The notes under the pieces were generated by a model that had not been told where the DNA came from, did not search any database, and saw only the letters and a list, made by a program, of their open reading frames with translations. DNA of 63,307 bases, the filler included, from Olpidium bornovanus S191 (taxonomy: Eukaryota > Fungi > Olpidiomycota): assembly GCA_017911155.1 (NCBI GenBank). It is 28 parts of 28 records of this genome, joined end to end, with 100 filler letters (N's around TTAATTAATTAA, not from the genome) between each part and the next. Parts side by side here need not be neighbours in the genome. Positions count along the whole stretch, not along the records: positions 58,410 to 61,698 come from JAEFCI010001100.1; positions 61,799 to 63,307 come from JAEFCI010002948.1; 26 more parts are not named here. One strand, given 5' to 3'. Position numbers and translations under genes: made by a program. Of the stretch, positions 58,410-63,307 are shown one piece after another (position 1 is the stretch's first letter; the number at the start of each line of letters is the position of its first letter).

Positions 58410-59911
58410 CATGGCTACCGAAGGTTCGGTCGGTAATCAGGTGAGTGTACAACAGGTCCCGAACTAATTTTTACATAAGTTCGCACTGCTGACGTTTTAC
58501 ACGATCCGCCTTCGACGCGTCAATTATTTCTGAACTCCAACCAGCAATACCTGGGATGTGACGTTTTGTGACCCACTTCTCTCGCTGTTGGAAGCTTGGC
58601 AACCTCCAGTTCTTCCGGTGTTCATTTACGAAAACGTCTTGGATCAACTCGTTGTACCCAAGCTACAACGGTTGGTCGACCAGTGGGATCCGCGGCGGGA
58701 TAAGGAAAAGAAGAGCTTGATGCCTCCCCTTTGGCTGCACCCGTGGCTACCGATGCTCGGTGACCGTATGACGCATCTCTTTTCATCCGTACGGCACAAG
58801 TTCGCTGTTGTCTTGCGAAATTCGAATCTTATCGAAGGGGAAGGACTGGCTCTGTTGCTGCCTTGGCGGAAGGTGCTTACGCATTTACGTTATGATCTGT
58901 GACAGAACGGCGATCGGACACAAAATTTGATCCGAACGTTTCCTTTCTTCCCATGGCGAGAACAGGTATTCCGTACAAAAGCGATGAACAGTCTTGTCGA
59001 CAAGACTGTCGTGCCGAACTTAAAAGAGCTCATGCGCCGGCAATTCCAAGTGAATCCGCGGAACCAGTCACTAGGCGAGCATAGCAAAAGACCTTGACGA
59101 AACCGCTTGCATTTGTACAGATGTACTAATTCTTTTCCCGTCTTTTTCGACTACGGTGGACCACAGTTGCGTTCAACGCTGTTCTGCCTTGGCACCAACT
59201 TTCTTCCAGCGCGTCCTTCTCAGACCTTCTCGTGACTGAGTTCTTTCCGAAATGGCTCCGGGCGCTCCATGCTTGGCTGATCGCGAAGCCCAACTACGAG
59301 GAGATCACGGAGTGGTACGGCGCTTGGAAGTCCCTATTTCCGCCCGAGCTGTTGGAAGCGCCCGCCGTGAAGGGCGGCTTCAAGCGCGCCTTGGACATGT
59401 GCAACCAGAGTCGGGAGCTGGGTGCAGAGTACGTTCCGTATTGGACATGTGTCCGGGTTGGGCTTCTTCGCGCTTTCCGCGGGCGTCACTTGATGGCTAA
59501 TATGTGCCGAATTTGTTGTCTTCGGTTACTTCTTCCAGTCTTCCGCATCCAGATGCTGCAATGGGAACCGCGGCGACGGGTGTTCCGCTGGCACCTTCGC
59601 GCTCGTCTGTTGCAGCCGCCCGGGTGACGTTTCGGGACATCGTGGAGGAGTTCGCGCAGGAGAATTCGCAGCTCTTCCTGCCGACGACCAGGGTCCACCC
59701 GACCTCGGGCAAGCCGCTTTTTCGTTTTGGAGGGCGGCCGCCCGCGGGCGCCGGCGGGCTCTGGGTGTATCTCGACGACGACGTGGCGTTCGCCCTCGTT
59801 GACTGCGGTGACCCCGACGAGGACGCTGTCAAGGCGAAATGGGAACCCGTTGGACTCGAAGAGCTGTTGGAATTGGCGGAGGAGAAGGCAGCAACGGCCG
59901 GCCGTCGGTAG
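58410..59911 (+). CDS. TFIP11: Tuftelin-interacting protein 11 / Ntr1 spliceosome disassembly factor, 3' part
   Basis: VLDQLVVPKL..WDP..WLHPWLP, VVPNLK..FQVNPRNQ, EFFPKWL..WL..PNYEEITEWYGAWKSLFP, TFRDIVEEFAQEN..FLP. Confidence 0.93.
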
Positions 59912-61287
59912 ATTTTTTTTGTTTTTTTTTTTGTCCCCGCGGTCCGTTGGCGTCGTCCACGAGCGCGCCCCACTTGTGCCGAGCTCTCGTGCGTGGTGCG
60001 CAAATTCCGCTCATCCACCTTCCGACCTCGGTAGCCGCACACTTTCCAAAGCCACATGTCACGCGCTTCCAACGTAGAATCTAGGCCCTCGGTATCTCGG
60101 GTCGGCCCACCCCGTCCGATCTCCGCTGTTGCCTGTGCTGACCTGCTGCGCACCCAGAGGTCGAGACCCAGGTGCATGAGCCGCTTGGGACGGTGCGGTG
60201 TACCTCCCGCCCGTCTACGGTCACTTTGCCACGCTATTGTAATCGCTTGGACGAGCGGCGGGGCCGTGAAACAGAAAATGATCGCAACCCGGTTCGCACT
60301 ACCCCCTCCCCCTCAAAGGCGCTACGAAGGAGTAGCATCCCTCCTGGAACGTCGCGGCTCCAGACGTACTTTCTTACCTCCTCCCAGATCAGCCCCCGCC
60401 CCCTTCCCCCTTTTTCGCGTCTCCCGTTCGTACGGCCGTCCCCGGTTCGCGAGGGCGAAACGCCAAAAAGTGCGACCGCCTTTTCTCGTTCGGTGCGGCG
60501 GCCGGCGGCAGTTTCGGATCGTCGACGCGCAGACCGCGTGTTTCGTCTTCGACATCGCGGCGGCGAGCGGCCTTTCGTCAGCGCGCGGGCTGCGTTCACG
60601 CGGGTTGGGTGGGGGGAGGGGGGGCAAAAAGGGGGGAGGTCTCCCGCCTCGGTCCAAAACGCGGGCCTCGGGAGGTCGCTTTTATCAGAGTCGGGCTCAA
60701 CAAAACCGGAAGAACGTGCCGCCCCTTCTAAAAAAAATGTTTACATGCCGGCAACATTTCCACCCGGTATGCCGAGATTTTGGCGCGGCTCCCGGCGAGC
60801 CCTTGCCCTTCCCCCCCTCCTCCCTCGTCTGAAGAAGTGGGACATTAATTGGTTTTTTTTTTCCAACTGGCCGTTTCCGACGGAGACGAAGGAGCACCGC
60901 CTTTTTTTCCATCCAGCACACGGGGGGCATCGGAGTCGGGGGATTCCGCCAAGACCGTCCTCGCAGTTCTGGGCCGTTTTGGACCGAGATTCCAACGAAC
61001 GGCGCCCCTTTGCCGTCCTCGCCGCACCCGCCGACGCGGGCCAAATATCGCGTCAAACGTGCGACAGCGCATGATCCGGACCGCGACGGGCGGCCGGGGC
61101 ATTTGGAATACCGTTTTATGCCCGTCTTCCTGCTTTGGGCAACCCCGACGGCCGCGCGATTCACTTTTCCACTTCCCGAGGCCGACCCGGATAAAAGATG
61201 ATAATAATCGCCCTTCCTCATTTTCCGAAAAGCCGACCGTAGTTCCCCGGGGGAGACCCGGGAAACGGAAAACAGACGCGCGGATTT

Positions 61288-61334
<47 letters not shown>

Positions 61335-61642
61335 GTTTTGCTTAAGCGGGCGTGGGCCGCACGCCCGCGCCGGCATCCCGTCCGTTCTCCACCCCTCCTT
61401 AACCACCCCCCCCCACACACATACACACATCCCGCCCACCTTTATCGTTTCCACCTCCGCGCGGTTGATCTTGTGGTTCGACGATATCGACTATGCGCGG
61501 GGATTTTGTGAAATTTTGGAGTCAAATAAGCCAAAAAAAAAAAAAAAAATAAGGACCGCCGAAAAAAAAAAGAAATAAAATAGAGCTCGCTCCCTCCCCA
61601 TCCCGCCCCCCAAAACGAAACGATCGGCGGTTCGGACGCGGG

Positions 61643-61679
<37 letters not shown>

Positions 61680-61991
61680 TTTTTGGGGGGGGGGGGGGNN
61701 NNNNNNNNNNNNNNNNNNNNNNNNNNNNNNNNNNNNNNNNNNTTAATTAATTAANNNNNNNNNNNNNNNNNNNNNNNNNNNNNNNNNNNNNNNNNNNNCA
61801 TGGCGTCCACCGCCAGAATTTGTCGCGATTTTCGACTCGGTTCCTGCAGACGCCACGGCAACGAGGTCCCACGAAAACTCATCCGCGTGATCCGCGGGCC
61901 CATTTACCCGCGAGCCGGGAACATCCCCACGGCCAAAATTCTTCAAAAACCCGGATGACCGTGATCCGAGTTCTCGCAAACACATTTCTCA

Positions 61992-62036
<45 letters not shown>

Positions 62037-63243
62037 TCACACACCCCTTTTTTTCACTGCTATTAAACACGCATCCGGCAAGTTTTGGATGAATCCGCAA
62101 TCCCTCCTACCCTCACCCACCCCTTTTTTCATCCTAAACGGCAAACATAAGGCCGCACGTGTTTGTGGTGGGGAAGGTGGTGGCTAATGTGGGTTGACAG
62201 GGTTTGATGTGTGAAAACGCGAATTATCCCCTCTGAAAACCCGCCTGCGCGCGAAGAGGCCCACCCCCCCCCCCCCCCCCCCGTTCGTGGAGTGCATGAT
62301 GTGCGCTGGTGAACTCTCGCGCGGCCGATGGTGGACCGTGACACGGCACGGCCGAGATTCGAATGCGAACGCAAAATCACGCTAGGAAACACACCACCCA
62401 ACGGGGCCCCCGTGGACCCGCACCCGGACCCCTTCAACCCTCAGGACCCTCAGATCCTCCACCTCGCAGTAGGGAGTGCGTGAAGAGGTACCCCGAGTGG
62501 GGGAAGTGTCGTTTTGTTCCGCCGTCAGGTCAATTGGGTCAGGTACCCTCCTCGTTGCGAGGTTTGTCACAAGTCCGCGAGGTAGAAGGGGGGGGGGGAG
62601 AGGGGAGGGACCAAGGCGAACCGACTCGCCCCAAGTCCAACTGCACATAAAACGGTCCACGACGCGTAGGAAAACGACCGACCGCGCCTGCAAGGCGCGA
62701 CACAGCCGACCTTGTTTGTGCACAATGGACCTGTCGCAGTTCGCCAGCTCCTTTTCATCGTCGGGAGCGGTGTTTGCCCCCCCCCCCCCTGGTCCTACAA
62801 CCCTCTCTCCTGCCCCCGCGCATACAGAACGTAAATCCTTTTGCAAAAAAAAAAAATTAAAATTTTATATTTATGTACATACGAAACCTAATTATATTAG
62901 TTATTTATATATAATTATTATATATTGTTGAATTAGAATTATTATTTATATTGTATTATTTATATTATTAACAATATTTAAATCTAACCTGGGCGTTCGA
63001 GTGGCGTGGTGGCGTTGGCCGTGGTGGCGTTGGCCGTGGTGACGACGGCGAGAGAGGTCTCGCCGCCGCAGAAGGTCTTCGGTTTGGCAACGAAGGTGCG
63101 AGGCGGGACCTGGCGGCGGCGAAAAAGCCGCGCATATGTTCTCGGACGTGGGCGATCGGCCGCCGGCACCCGTCCCGTTTCGACAAGGCCGCAGCGGCCG
63201 ATGGCGAGCGCTTGAGTTATCGAGCGAGCCCCGAACCGCGCAG

Positions 63244-63284
<41 letters not shown>

Positions 63285-63307
63285 ACCCGGGGGGGGGGGG
63301 GGGGGGG

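Noticed and set aside
59940-61510. Multiple 100-300 aa ORFs downstream of TFIP11
   Set aside because: Arg/Pro/Gly-rich, overlapping in all frames, crossing homopolymers, no family motif.

Overview
This is not a contiguous locus. It is 28 short (about 1-6.4 kb) eukaryotic contigs joined by 27 identical artificial 100-nt linkers (44 N + TTAATTAATTAA + 44 N), so synteny across linkers means nothing. The DNA is GC-rich, intron-rich (GT-AG) and full of homopolymer runs. Gene content points to a zoosporic (flagellated) early-diverging fungus (inference): fungal-type Mtc6 and Iec1 sit alongside axonemal/centriolar PACRG and SPEF2- and CEP162-like genes. Other recognisable, mostly truncated genes are CUL4, CAC2, RML2, a Sly41/TPT transporter, an FG nucleoporin, a HERP-like UBL protein, TFIP11, an M43 metalloprotease, a GPI-anchored DPBB/expansin-like protein, a TM-SH3 receptor, a DRG2 pseudogene and tRNA-Ser(AGA). 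Degenerate Ty1/copia and Ty3/gypsy fragments are abundant. Best leads: (1) a 69-aa secreted Pro/Tyr/Arg/Trp repeat peptide; (2) a receptor with a fibronectin-type-II-like ectodomain and a cytosolic SH3; (3) retroelements with half-tRNAiMet PBS motifs, one ahead of a gypsy-type gag and one ahead of a tRNA-like sequence; (4) a hairpin-TIR non-autonomous element; (5) a gypsy-integrase/copia-RT fusion; (6) a 7-nt PACRG micro-exon. 11 of 54 linker-adjacent contig ends are exactly CATG, which suggests an NlaIII-type library step, so any chimeric structure needs read-level validation. All family calls are motif recognition by eye; no searches were run.
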